Positions 17,767-28,654 of a stretch of DNA of 64,000 nucleotides are shown in pieces. Where the stretch lies: positions 192-64,191 of the forward strand of contig CAYMVO010000005.1 of assembly GCA_964393975.1 (NCBI GenBank), in the 5' to 3' direction. This stretch comes from an uncultured Lachnospiraceae bacterium. GTDB lineage: Bacteria > Bacillota > Clostridia > Christensenellales > UBA1242. Position 1 is the stretch's first letter. Each line of letters begins with the position of its first letter. The position numbers and the translations under genes were made by a program. Under the pieces are notes generated by a model. It did no database searches and was not told the origin of the DNA. It saw nothing but the letters and a program-made list of their open reading frames with translations.

Positions 17767-18840
17767 TTAATCATCCAGCCAACAAGTCCCATCCGATGCG
17801 AAATAAGAACCTCCAAAGAAGTTAGAGGTAGCCCTACAACCGCCACAGATTCTTTTATGTTTACAATTATTACATTTACCATCAAATTGTCTACTAAATA
17901 GCCTTTTAACTAAAGGACTTGTGACATATGCTTGAACAACTTCTTCCACATCATTATAGTCATTTAAACATAAAATTTTCTCATTAAACACTGAGCAAGG
18001 TGTAATACACAAATCTGTATTCACATTAAAACAATCTATTCCAGCGGTGCAACCGCCAAAGACAGCTGGATTGTTTTCTAATTTATAAACATCTAAACTC
18101 ATCCAAGGATTGTGTTCAACCAAACATTTCAAAGGATCCTCTGTTACAAGTTCTATCTTCCCATTATGCTTTATTGCTAGAGATGCTAAATTATATAAGA
18201 ACTCTTTTTTTTCTTGAGGTTTTAAATGTTGAGAACCCACTGCCCCTGCACCACTTGGTATAACACCACCAACACCTAACCTTTTTACACCTAATGGCAT
18301 TAAAAGATTAATCATGTCCTCTATTTCGTTCATTGTAATTTTATTAATAGTCATTCTCACAGAAGAAGTCAGATGTTCAAAATTCTGAATCATCTTTAAT
18401 GCCTTGATTGCCTTATCGAAAGCACCAGCATAATTTCTATTCTCATCGTGAATTTTACTATTGACACTATCCAAACTTATTTGTATCGTTAAATTTTTAA
18501 AATTCAATTTATCCAAATGAGACAAGTTGTCTATGTTTAATAAGGAACCATTTGTTGTTATAACAACCTCATTAATATCATAAGCTCTCACTAATTCCAT
18601 AATTTTTAAAAATTGAGGATGAATAAATGGCTCACCGCCTGATATTGTTAAATTAAAATTAGAATTACTATTCTGCGTTGCAAAATCTAAAAACAGTTTC
18701 ATCTTTTCAATTGATATTGAAGTCGGTTTTTCATTTATTGCTCTACAATGTTTGCATTTCATGTTGCAACACCCAGTTATTTCAATCTGTGCATGCGAAA
18801 AAGAAGTTGAGTAATTAACGCCATTAGCTTCTATTTTCAT
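17767..18840 (-). CDS. Radical SAM enzyme with a C-terminal SPASM (auxiliary 4Fe-4S) domain
   Basis: Track start is 18855 (GTG). ATG 18840 follows GGGAGG. CNMKCKHC (CxxxCxxC) sits near residue 25, GGEPF is present, and the C-terminal Cys clusters are GGCTAGIDCF..CITPC and CNNCKHKRICGGCRA. Confidence 0.85.
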   Translation of the reverse strand: MKIEANGVNYSTSFSHAQIEITGCCNMKCKHCRAINEKPTSISIEKMKLFLDFATQNSNSNFNLTISGGEPFIHPQFLKIMELVRAYDINEVVITTNGSLLNIDNLSHLDKLNFKNLTIQISLDSVNSKIHDENRNYAGAFDKAIKALKMIQNFEHLTSSVRMTINKITMNEIEDMINLLMPLGVKRLGVGGVIPSGAGAVGSQHLKPQEKKEFLYNLASLAIKHNGKIELVTEDPLKCLVEHNPWMSLDVYKLENNPAVFGGCTAGIDCFNVNTDLCITPCSVFNEKILCLNDYNDVEEVVQAYVTSPLVKRLFSRQFDGKCNNCKHKRICGGCRATSNFFGGSYFASDGTCWLDD

Positions 18841-18927
18841 ATTAACACCTCCCACTTACCCTACAGAATTTCTATCACTTATACAAAAAACATTATTTAC
18901 GTAATCATTAAAATTAATATAATATAA

Positions 18928-18955
18928 AGTGTAGCATAAAAATGTGACATGTCAA
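18928..18955 (-). promoter_or_regulatory. Sigma-A-like promoter of the rSAM operon, -35 overlapped by the palindrome TGACATGTCA
   Basis: Minus strand reads TTGACA (18955..18950), a 16-nt spacer ending in TGC, then TACACT (18933..18928). A 10-bp perfect palindrome lies at 18945..18954. Confidence 0.45.
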
Positions 18956-18991
18956 GTAAATTACAAAACTTTATATTTAAAATTTTGTTAA

Positions 18992-19012
18992 TGTTAATTC
19001 TCAAAGTAAATT
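18992..19012. promoter_or_regulatory. Copy B of the shared 21-nt upstream motif TGTTAATTCTCAAAGTAAATT
   Basis: Identical to 5701..5721. It lies 36 nt from the -35 of the rSAM operon promoter. Confidence 0.5.
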
Positions 19013-19145
19013 TCATAATGAAATTTAAATGAATTTACTATGAAGTGAACCCCCTTTGCACCGCAAAAATGAGGTTTCACTTCACTTTGGTGTATGCATT
19101 GTTTTTGTAATTAGGTTTCCGAATACAAACGCTTTAGGAGTGTCA

Positions 19146-19205
19146 TTGAAAGAATTTTTTGATGATAAGGTTTTTGATTATAGTAATTTTGAAAATTTAG
19201 AATAA
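19146..19205 (+). CDS. Candidate 19-codon mini-ORF (M)KEFFDDKVFDYSNFENLE, TTG start
   Basis: AGGAG at 19136..19140, a 5-nt spacer, TTG at 19146, and TAA at 19203..19205. It lies in the 543-nt gap between the divergent rSAM and ABC-F genes. There is no conservation evidence. Confidence 0.2.
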   Translation: MKEFFDDKVFDYSNFENLE

Positions 19206-19340
19206 TTAAAATTAGATTTCTATCAACTAAAAAAATCAACAATATTTAAAATTATCTCAACTTTTAAAACATTAAAAATATTTAGTGTTTTTGGGTTGAG
19301 ATTTTTATTAAGTTATGCTATTATATATTATAAGGACAAA

Positions 19341-19370
19341 AAGAGGTTTGAATTTTACAACCTCTTTTTT
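19341..19370 (+). terminator. Terminator-like hairpin 29 nt upstream of the ABC-F start codon
   Basis: AAGAGGTT-N10-AACCTCTT followed by TTTT. A second hairpin, ATCTCAAC...GTTGAGAT plus TTTTT, lies at about 19253..19315. Confidence 0.4.
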
Positions 19371-19383
19371 AGAGAATTAATAA

Positions 19384-20979
<1,596 letters not shown>

Positions 20980-20988
20980 GAGGTACTT

Positions 20989-21516
20989 ATGAAAGATAAT
21001 GAAATCTATTTTGCAAAGACCAATCCAAACGCTATCATCCCTACCAAAAAATTAGAGGATGCAGGTTATGATTTTTACGCTTGCTTTGATGATGATTATT
21101 TTGTTATTCAAAGTGGCGAGACAAAGCCTATCCCGACAGGCATAGCGACCGCTTTTAGTCCAAAATATTACGCACAGGTGGAAGAGCGTTCTAGTATGGC
21201 AAAACTCGGCATCAAAAAATCAGGCGGTGTGATAGACTCTGGGTATCGTGGCGAATGGCTTATAATGACCTACAACACAAATAAAAAACCTTTTGTGATA
21301 AGCAAGACCGACTTAGATGCTATCCCTAAGACTTTTGAGATAGATGGCGTGACTTACAACAAAAACGAAGTCATACTCTACCCATACAAAAAAGCAATTG
21401 CTCAAGTAGTAATGCAAGAAGTCCCAGACCTACAAACAAAAGAAGTGTCTTATGAAGAACTGCTCCAAGAAAAATCCGAGCGTGGCACAGGCGGTTTCGG
21501 CTCTTCAAACAAGTAG
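20989..21516 (+). CDS. dut: dUTP diphosphatase
   Basis: 175 aa with DAGYDFYA, ERSSMAKLG, GVIDSGYRGEW and C-terminal ERGTGGFGSS motifs. Confidence 0.8.
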   Translation: MKDNEIYFAKTNPNAIIPTKKLEDAGYDFYACFDDDYFVIQSGETKPIPTGIATAFSPKYYAQVEERSSMAKLGIKKSGGVIDSGYRGEWLIMTYNTNKKPFVISKTDLDAIPKTFEIDGVTYNKNEVILYPYKKAIAQVVMQEVPDLQTKEVSYEELLQEKSERGTGGFGSSNK

Positions 21517-21548
21517 ACAATTAAAAAATCAAAATGAGGCAAATTACA

Positions 21549-22400
21549 ATGAATTGTGTATGTAAAAAAAAGGAAATATTCAAGCAATTACTATCCAAAT
21601 CAACACTACTAATATGCCCAATATGTCACGAGAGTTTAAACATACAAGGTGATAGTTTAAAATGCATCAATAATCACACTTTTAATATTAACAACAAAGG
21701 TTTCACCTGCCTATTAAATAAATCAAAAATTTTTACTAGTGATATCTACAACAAAGAATTATTTGAAAATAGAAGAATTGCCATCTTAAGCGGTTTGTAT
21801 GAAAAAATTCATTTAAGCATTAGTGAATTTATAAACAAAACATTCCCAAAAGGATGCAATATTTTAGAAATTGGTTGCGGTGAAGCAACTCATAGTTACA
21901 AAATCAAATCAATGCTAACAATACCAAATACATTTATCGCAACAGACCTTTCTAAGCAAGCAATTGAATTATCAACAAATTATCTAACAAACGATATCAT
22001 ACCTATTTGTTGTGATGCGAATAACTTACCTATTTTATCAAAATCAATTAATGTAGTATTAGATATATTGTCACCTTATAACTATAATGAAATTAACAGA
22101 GTACTAGCAAATGATGGATTTATAATAAAAGTGTTCCCAGATATAGATTATTTAAAAGAGATACGAGAAATTATTCACAAACAAGAATACACAAAACAAG
22201 AAGAAGTTATGAACAATTTTTGTCAGCACTTTAACATAATATCCTCCACTCTTTATAAACAAACATATGACATTGATGAAGATTTAAGTAACGCATTAGT
22301 TAATATGACTCCGCTCACAAACAAATCAAGCATTAGCGAAAGTTTAAAAAGCATAACAATAAGTTTAAAGATAGTAATTGCACAAATAAAACACAATTGA
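21549..22400 (+). CDS. SAM-dependent methyltransferase, RlmA (23S rRNA m1G) like, with an N-terminal zinc ribbon
   Basis: Track start is 21534. ATG 21549 has GAGG upstream. CPICHESL..LKCINNHTFNINNKGF zinc ribbon and the ILEIGCGEATHS SAM motif are present. Confidence 0.6.
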   Translation: MNCVCKKKEIFKQLLSKSTLLICPICHESLNIQGDSLKCINNHTFNINNKGFTCLLNKSKIFTSDIYNKELFENRRIAILSGLYEKIHLSISEFINKTFPKGCNILEIGCGEATHSYKIKSMLTIPNTFIATDLSKQAIELSTNYLTNDIIPICCDANNLPILSKSINVVLDILSPYNYNEINRVLANDGFIIKVFPDIDYLKEIREIIHKQEYTKQEEVMNNFCQHFNIISSTLYKQTYDIDEDLSNALVNMTPLTNKSSISESLKSITISLKIVIAQIKHN

Positions 22401-22424
22401 ATAATTTTTAACCTAAAACACAAA

Positions 22425-22460
22425 AAGATTAAGCGCGCAAAACCACTTAATCTTTTTTTT
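22425..22460 (+). terminator. Intrinsic terminator after the methyltransferase gene
   Basis: AAGATTAAG-N12-CTTAATCTT followed by T6. Confidence 0.65.
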
Positions 22461-22529
22461 ACTCAACTGCCACCCACAAAAAATGTATAATAATATGCCG
22501 TGAAACAATAGTTTTTGTGTTAATACAAC

Positions 22530-22558
22530 TAGACAAAACGGGCTAAATGTGGTATACT
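22530..22558 (+). promoter_or_regulatory. Sigma-A-like promoter (extended -10) for typA
   Basis: TAGACA, a 17-nt spacer ending in TGG, then TATACT. Confidence 0.45.
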
Positions 22559-22589
22559 TTTAGTTATGTTAAATTAGGAGAAAATTATT

Positions 22590-24419
22590 ATGGAAAACAA
22601 GAACATTAGAAATGTTGCAATCATTGCCCACGTTGACCACGGCAAGACGTCTTTGGTAAACGAGTTACTAAAACAAGGTGGCGTTTTTAGAGACAATCAA
22701 GTAGTCGGCGACCGTGTAATGGATAGCAACGATATTGAAAGAGAAAGAGGTATCACTATCCTAGCTAAAAATACCGCTTGTATGTATGGCGATGTAAAGA
22801 TTAACATTATTGACACACCAGGGCACGCGGATTTTGGCGGAGAAGTGGAACGTGTGTTAAAGATGGTAGACGGCGTGTTACTAGTAGTAGATGCGTTTGA
22901 AGGTCCTATGCCTCAGACTCGTTTTGTGCTAGAAAAGGCGCTAGAGCTCAACCACAAAGTTATTATAGTAATCAACAAGATAGATAGACCTGATGCTAGA
23001 TTAAACGAAGTTCCCGATGAAATACTAGAGCTACTGCTAGATTTAGATGCTAATGATGAGCAGTTGGATAGTCCTATCCTATACGCTAGTGCTCGTGAAG
23101 GTATTTGTTCTACTAGTCCTACCGAGAAAGGTACAGATATGAAGCCTTTATTTGAGGCAATTTTAAATCACATTCCAGCACCTCAAGGCGAGCCAAACGA
23201 ACCACTACAAATGTTAGTATCAGCGACCGAGCCAAACGAGTTTGTAGGTAAACTCGCTATCGGTAAAATCACTCGTGGTTCAGCAAGTGTAAACCAACCT
23301 ATTGTGCTCTGCAACTATCACAACGAGGACCTTAAGACTCGCGGTAAAATAGTTTCAATATATGGATTTAACGGATTGAAACGTGTTCCACTAGAAAAAG
23401 CGGAATGCGGTGATATTGTATTGATTGCAGGACTTACCACGGTTTCTATCGGTGACACGATATGCGCCCCCGAAGATACGACTCCGCTACCATTCGTAAA
23501 GATTAGCGAACCTAGCGTAGAGATGACTTTTGCAGTAAACAACTCACCTTTTGCAGGTAAAGAGGGTAAACTAGTTACCAGTAGACAAATTCGCGATCGT
23601 CTATATAAAGAGGCGGAAAAAGACTTATCTCTCCGTGTCCGTGATGGCGAGACAACCGACCAATTCAAAGTGACTGGTCGTGGTGAAATGCACCTAAGTA
23701 TTTTGATAGAAAATATGCGCAGAGAGGGATACGAGTTTCAAGTAGGTATGCCAAGAGTCCTATTTAAAGAAGAAAACGGAGTAAAGATGGAGCCTATGGA
23801 TAGACTCACCATTGATGTACCAGAAGAGAGCGTTGGCGTAGTAATGGAAAAAATGGGTAGAAGAAAAGCAGACCTAGAGTCTATGGATCCTATCCGCAGT
23901 CGTATGAGACTCACATTCAAAATACCTTCTCGTGGACTATTTGGTTACAAGACCGAATTTTTGACCGACACAAAGGGTGAAGGTGTTATGAATACTATCT
24001 CTATAGGTTATGAACCATACAAAGGTGATATTGTTCGCCGTAGCACCGGTTCACTCATCGCCCACGAGACAGGCGAAGCCGTCCAATATGGTTTATTTAA
24101 CGCACAAGAAAGAGGTCAATTATTTATTACACCAGGTGTTAAAGTATATGAAGGAATGATTGTCGGTGCAAACCCTAAAAACGAAGATTTAGTCGTAAAT
24201 GTATGCAAAAAGAAGCACTTAAGCAACTGTCGTAGTTCTTCTAGTGATGACGCTCTAAGACTTATTCCTGTAAAACCACTTAGTCTAGAATTTGCACTTG
24301 ATTTTATCGGTGATGATGAATATGTTGAGGTCACCCCACAAAGCATTCGTATGAGAAAAATCATTTTGAATGCCGATGAGAGAGCTAGAGCAAGAGTCCG
24401 TGGTATAAAGGTAGAATAA
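22590..24419 (+). CDS. typA: Translational GTPase TypA/BipA
   Basis: 609 aa. [23 protein letters not shown] and NKIDR G-motifs, with a BipA-type C-terminal domain. Confidence 0.9.
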   Translation: MENKNIRNVAIIAHVDHGKTSLVNELLKQGGVFRDNQVVGDRVMDSNDIERERGITILAKNTACMYGDVKINIIDTPGHADFGGEVERVLKMVDGVLLVVDAFEGPMPQTRFVLEKALELNHKVIIVINKIDRPDARLNEVPDEILELLLDLDANDEQLDSPILYASAREGICSTSPTEKGTDMKPLFEAILNHIPAPQGEPNEPLQMLVSATEPNEFVGKLAIGKITRGSASVNQPIVLCNYHNEDLKTRGKIVSIYGFNGLKRVPLEKAECGDIVLIAGLTTVSIGDTICAPEDTTPLPFVKISEPSVEMTFAVNNSPFAGKEGKLVTSRQIRDRLYKEAEKDLSLRVRDGETTDQFKVTGRGEMHLSILIENMRREGYEFQVGMPRVLFKEENGVKMEPMDRLTIDVPEESVGVVMEKMGRRKADLESMDPIRSRMRLTFKIPSRGLFGYKTEFLTDTKGEGVMNTISIGYEPYKGDIVRRSTGSLIAHETGEAVQYGLFNAQERGQLFITPGVKVYEGMIVGANPKNEDLVVNVCKKKHLSNCRSSSSDDALRLIPVKPLSLEFALDFIGDDEYVEVTPQSIRMRKIILNADERARARVRGIKVE

Positions 24420-24423
24420 TATT

Positions 24424-24660
24424 ATGGACAAGAGAGAATTGAGTAGTCTACTCAAATACTATATGGTATTTATAGCGCTATCCATTATTCCTATACTAGT
24501 CGCAAACATTTTACTCACGGGTAAAGCAAATGAGGGTGTGCTATGGATAATTAGTGCGGTGATAATGCTGTTATTTGTGTTTGTAGGAATGCTATATAGA
24601 CCAAAATATCTAAAGAAAAAAGAAGAAAAGAAAAAGAACAATATTGATCCATTTAAATAA
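24424..24660 (+). CDS. Small two-TM membrane protein with a Lys-rich tail
   Basis: 78 aa with two hydrophobic helices. It is tightly packed between typA and dnaB. Confidence 0.45.
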   Translation: MDKRELSSLLKYYMVFIALSIIPILVANILLTGKANEGVLWIISAVIMLLFVFVGMLYRPKYLKKKEEKKKNNIDPFK

Positions 24661-24693
24661 TTTATACAAAAGAAAACATAAAAGGAGTGAAGT

Positions 24694-26142
24694 ATGAGCA
24701 AAAAAGGTGAACGAATACTACCGCATAATGATGAAGCGGAGCAAACCGTGTTAGGCTGTCTACTATTAGATAATGAAATCAGTTATCAGGTAATGAGTGA
24801 GTTGAAATCTGAAGATTTTTATTCCGAAGCACACAAAACAATATATAGCGCGATGTTAGATTTGTTTGTAAATAACCAACCTATTGATTTTGTCACACTC
24901 AACGACATACTCACCCGTGGAGATTTATTAGACCGAGCGGGCGGGATAGAATACATTACAATGCTAACAAACATTGTCCCAGGGGCATCAAATGTAAAAT
25001 ACTATGTGGAGATAATAAAACGAGACGCTACTCTACGTAGCTTGATTATGGCGTGTAATAAAATCATTGAAAATGCTTTTGAAAACGATCCCAACGAGCC
25101 AACACTTCCGCTCGCAGAAAAGCTAATCTATGATATAGGTCAAAGAAACGAGAAAAAGACACTTGAACATGTAAAACTTGGTGTGGATAGTGTGCTAGAA
25201 AAGTTCGAAGAGCTAGCAAAAAACAAAGGTGCTTTACGAGGTATCACTACAGGCTTTTATGCACTAGACAAAATCACAAATGGTCTACAACGAAGCGACC
25301 TAATACTACTAGCTGCTCGACCAGCGTTTGGTAAGACTTCGCTAGGAATGAACATTTTAACAAACTCAGCTCTTGCGGGTTACAAATGCGCAATGTTTTC
25401 ACTAGAAATGCCAACTAGCCAAATCATTCAAAGGCAACTTTGTGCTATAGGTAGCGTCAATATGACAAAACCACTTGCTGGTGAAATGGAGCCTGAAGAA
25501 TGGCAAGCTATACTAGAAGCAAGTAAAAAACTTAAAAATTTGGAAATATATGTTGATGACGGTTCTATGAACACTCCAATGGATATTCTCTCAAAATGTC
25601 GTAAATTAAAAAGAGAAAATGGTCTAGACTTAATAATGATAGACTATTTGCAACTAATGTCTATGCCAAATGCAAAAGACAATCGTTCACAAGAAATCAG
25701 TGATATGACTCGTGCACTTAAGATAGCAGCGAGAGAGCTAGACGTCCCTATCATTTTGCTATCGCAACTAAATCGTGCGGTTGAGTCTAGAAAAGACCAC
25801 ACCCCTATGCTATCCGACCTAAGAGAATCAGGTAGTATTGAACAGGATGCAGATATAGTTATGTTTATCAATAGACCTGACAAATACGCTGATTATCAAG
25901 GCGAAAAAGATATTGCCGAAATAGTAATAGCAAAACACCGTAACGGACAAACTGGTACTATAAAACTCAAATGGCGTGGAGAAATCACTAGTTTTGTAAA
26001 CCTTAACAAAGACGCGAACGAAGCAAGTCTTGACCGTAGCGTTAGCGGTGGGACAAGACCTCCCAAACCTTCTCGTCCAAAACACGAGGTTGAAGCCACT
26101 GTGACACCAATTAGTGATAATGAAGTCGATGATGTATTTTAA
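24694..26142 (+). CDS. dnaB: Replicative DNA helicase (DnaB family)
   Basis: 482 aa. N-terminal LPHNDEAEQTVLGCLLLDNE, Walker A ARPAFGKTS, and IDYLQLM are present. About 40 aa of charged/Pro-rich sequence extend the C-terminus. Confidence 0.9.
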   Translation: MSKKGERILPHNDEAEQTVLGCLLLDNEISYQVMSELKSEDFYSEAHKTIYSAMLDLFVNNQPIDFVTLNDILTRGDLLDRAGGIEYITMLTNIVPGASNVKYYVEIIKRDATLRSLIMACNKIIENAFENDPNEPTLPLAEKLIYDIGQRNEKKTLEHVKLGVDSVLEKFEELAKNKGALRGITTGFYALDKITNGLQRSDLILLAARPAFGKTSLGMNILTNSALAGYKCAMFSLEMPTSQIIQRQLCAIGSVNMTKPLAGEMEPEEWQAILEASKKLKNLEIYVDDGSMNTPMDILSKCRKLKRENGLDLIMIDYLQLMSMPNAKDNRSQEISDMTRALKIAARELDVPIILLSQLNRAVESRKDHTPMLSDLRESGSIEQDADIVMFINRPDKYADYQGEKDIAEIVIAKHRNGQTGTIKLKWRGEITSFVNLNKDANEASLDRSVSGGTRPPKPSRPKHEVEATVTPISDNEVDDVF

Positions 26143-26175
26143 AAAATATATTTAATATAAAAGGAAAACAAAAAA

Positions 26176-27957
26176 ATGAAAAAATTAACAGTAAAAGAAT
26201 TAAAAGATATGTGGTTATCCTTTTACGAGACACGAGGACACAAAAATATAGGTAGTGCGTCACTCATCCCTGAAAACGATGCGACCGTTCTATTCACAAC
26301 CGCAGGTATGCACCCACTCGTGCCATATCTTCTCGGTGAAAAGCACCCATTAGGCACTAGACTTTGTGACATTCAAAAATGTATCCGCACAAATGATATA
26401 GATGAAGTAGGGGACAAATCACACTTGACCTTTTTTGAAATGTTAGGAAACTGGAGTCTCGGAGATTATTTTAAAGAAGAAATGATACCTTGGAGTTATG
26501 AGTTTTTGACTAGCCCTAAGTACTTAGGTATCCCAGTAGAGAGATTAGCGGTCACTGCATTTGAAGGTGATGAAAATAGCCCAAAGGACACTGAGACCGC
26601 TGACCTATGGGCAAAACAAGGTATGCCTCGTGACCAAATATTTTTCTTGCCAAAATCAGAAAATTGGTGGGCGCTCGGTAGTGGCGTAGGTCCCTGCGGA
26701 CCTGACACCGAAATGTTCTATGTGACCGACAAGCCAAAATGCTCGCCAAACTGCAACCCTTCTTGCGATTGCGGGAGATATCTTGAGATATGGAACGATG
26801 TGTTTATGCAGTTTAAGGTAGACGCACCAAACACACCGGTCAAACCACTCGCCCAACGTAATGTAGATACTGGTATGGGACTAGAGCGTGTTATCTGCAT
26901 CAGCAATAATGTTGAGACTGTGTACGAAACTGAAATATTTATGCCAACTATTCGCTTGATAGAAAGTCTAAGCGGAACAAAATACGAAGATAATAAAAAA
27001 GCGTTCCGTATTATTTGCGACCATATCCGTTGTGCTACAATGATTATGGGTGATGAAAAAGCAATCGCTCCTAGCAATGTCGGACAAGGGTACATCCTCC
27101 GTAGACTTATTAGGCGCGCTCTTAACTACGCTAGGAATATAAACCTTAACGGCTTAGACCTAATCAAAGTCAGTGACTCTTTTGTGGATTACGCAGAATA
27201 CACATATCCAGAAGTTAGAACAAATCAAAACTTTATAAGGGAAGAACTCACAAAAGAAATTAATAAATTCCAAACAACACTTACTAGCGGACACAAAGAG
27301 TTTGACAAAGTGACTAAAAATATGACTACTGACACCATAGACGGCGCTACAGCATTTAGACTATATGACACATTCGGTTTCCCTCTAGAGCTCACTATGG
27401 AACTCGCAAAAGAAAAAGGTCTAAAGGTAGATGAGAACGGCTACAAAAAAAGATTTGCTGAACATCAAAAAATCTCTAAACAAGGTAGCGAACAATTATT
27501 TAAAGGTGGTCTTGCTGACACATCCGACGCATCAGCACATCTACACACTGCGACACACCTACTACTAGGTGCATTAAGAGATCTTATCTCACCTGATATT
27601 GAACAGCGTGGCAGTAACATCACCCCCGAAAGGATGAGACTAGATTTTAATTTTCCTAGAAAACTCACCCCCGAAGAAATCAAAATGTTAGAAGATAGAG
27701 TCAACGAAGCTATCGAGGCGGGTATTGATGTCGTTTGCGAAGAAATGTCTCCAGAAGAGGCACACGCTAGTGGCGCCTTAGGTATATTCAATAACAAGTA
27801 TGGCAACATAGTCAAAGTCTACACTATGGGCAAATACTCAAAAGAAATTTGTGGCGGACCTCACGCGAAAAACACTCGTGACCTACACCACTTCAAAATC
27901 GTAAAAGAAGAAAGTAGCAGTAGCGGTATCCGCCGTATCAAAGCTATATTAGACTAA
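26176..27957 (+). CDS. alaS: Alanine--tRNA ligase, short form ending right after the editing domain (no C-Ala domain)
   Basis: 593 aa. AlaRS catalytic core (FTTAGMHPLVPY, FFEMLGNWSLGDYFK, NVDTGMGLERV). The editing motifs HTATHLL and CGGPH lie near the C-terminus. Confidence 0.8.
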   Translation: MKKLTVKELKDMWLSFYETRGHKNIGSASLIPENDATVLFTTAGMHPLVPYLLGEKHPLGTRLCDIQKCIRTNDIDEVGDKSHLTFFEMLGNWSLGDYFKEEMIPWSYEFLTSPKYLGIPVERLAVTAFEGDENSPKDTETADLWAKQGMPRDQIFFLPKSENWWALGSGVGPCGPDTEMFYVTDKPKCSPNCNPSCDCGRYLEIWNDVFMQFKVDAPNTPVKPLAQRNVDTGMGLERVICISNNVETVYETEIFMPTIRLIESLSGTKYEDNKKAFRIICDHIRCATMIMGDEKAIAPSNVGQGYILRRLIRRALNYARNINLNGLDLIKVSDSFVDYAEYTYPEVRTNQNFIREELTKEINKFQTTLTSGHKEFDKVTKNMTTDTIDGATAFRLYDTFGFPLELTMELAKEKGLKVDENGYKKRFAEHQKISKQGSEQLFKGGLADTSDASAHLHTATHLLLGALRDLISPDIEQRGSNITPERMRLDFNFPRKLTPEEIKMLEDRVNEAIEAGIDVVCEEMSPEEAHASGALGIFNNKYGNIVKVYTMGKYSKEICGGPHAKNTRDLHHFKIVKEESSSSGIRRIKAILD

Positions 27958-27966
27958 CACAGTTTT

Positions 27967-28004
27967 AAAATGTTAATTGCACCAAAAGCAATTAGCATTT
28001 TTTG
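27967..28004 (+). terminator. Intrinsic terminator after alaS
   Basis: AAAATGTTAATTGC-N7-GCAATTAGCATTTT (one mismatch) followed by a T-run. Confidence 0.55.
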
Positions 28005-28124
28005 TGTATTTGATAATAAAATATAATCTTAAAAACCTAAATAAAAATCTTGCACCTAATATGGTATAATTTAACAATAGAAAGCGTACTCTAGTTAATA
28101 GAATAACAAAAAAGTAGGTTGTAT

Positions 28125-28577
28125 ATGGATAACAAATATAATGATTTTGCCATTATTAGTCCTGAAAAAGTAGAGCGTATGGCAAAAGAATACGCACTGC
28201 AAAAAAATAATAGTCAAATCTTAAAAAGAACTGCTGATTTGCACAAACTAAAAAATGATTACAAAGAACGCGATTATTGTATGGGGCTTATCTTAAAGGT
28301 AAATATGTGCATAGATAAATTATTGACTCAACACCCTAAAAATGAAAGTATGCACAAATGCCAAGAAAATATAAAAAGGATAAAAATATTGTATGAAAGC
28401 TTTTTTTGCGAACAAGATATTAACGCTAAAGTGCAGACGCTAACGCTCCCCCTAGACAAAGAAGTTGTGAATGGTTTACTTGACCTAGTGAATGAGCTTT
28501 TGCCACTCACCAAAGAATCAGAAATAAAAGAGATCGTTCACATCTCTATAAAAACTATAAAAATCGCTATTCTTTAA
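28125..28577 (+). CDS. Hypothetical helical protein
   Basis: Track ORF is 28119..28577 with an ATG at 28125. No motif recognised. Confidence 0.4.
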   Translation: MDNKYNDFAIISPEKVERMAKEYALQKNNSQILKRTADLHKLKNDYKERDYCMGLILKVNMCIDKLLTQHPKNESMHKCQENIKRIKILYESFFCEQDINAKVQTLTLPLDKEVVNGLLDLVNELLPLTKESEIKEIVHISIKTIKIAIL

Positions 28578-28654
28578 AAAAATTCGTAAAAATTCAAGAC
28601 AAATATATCTATTATATGTTATAATACAACATCTTAAAAATGTTAGAGGGGATT

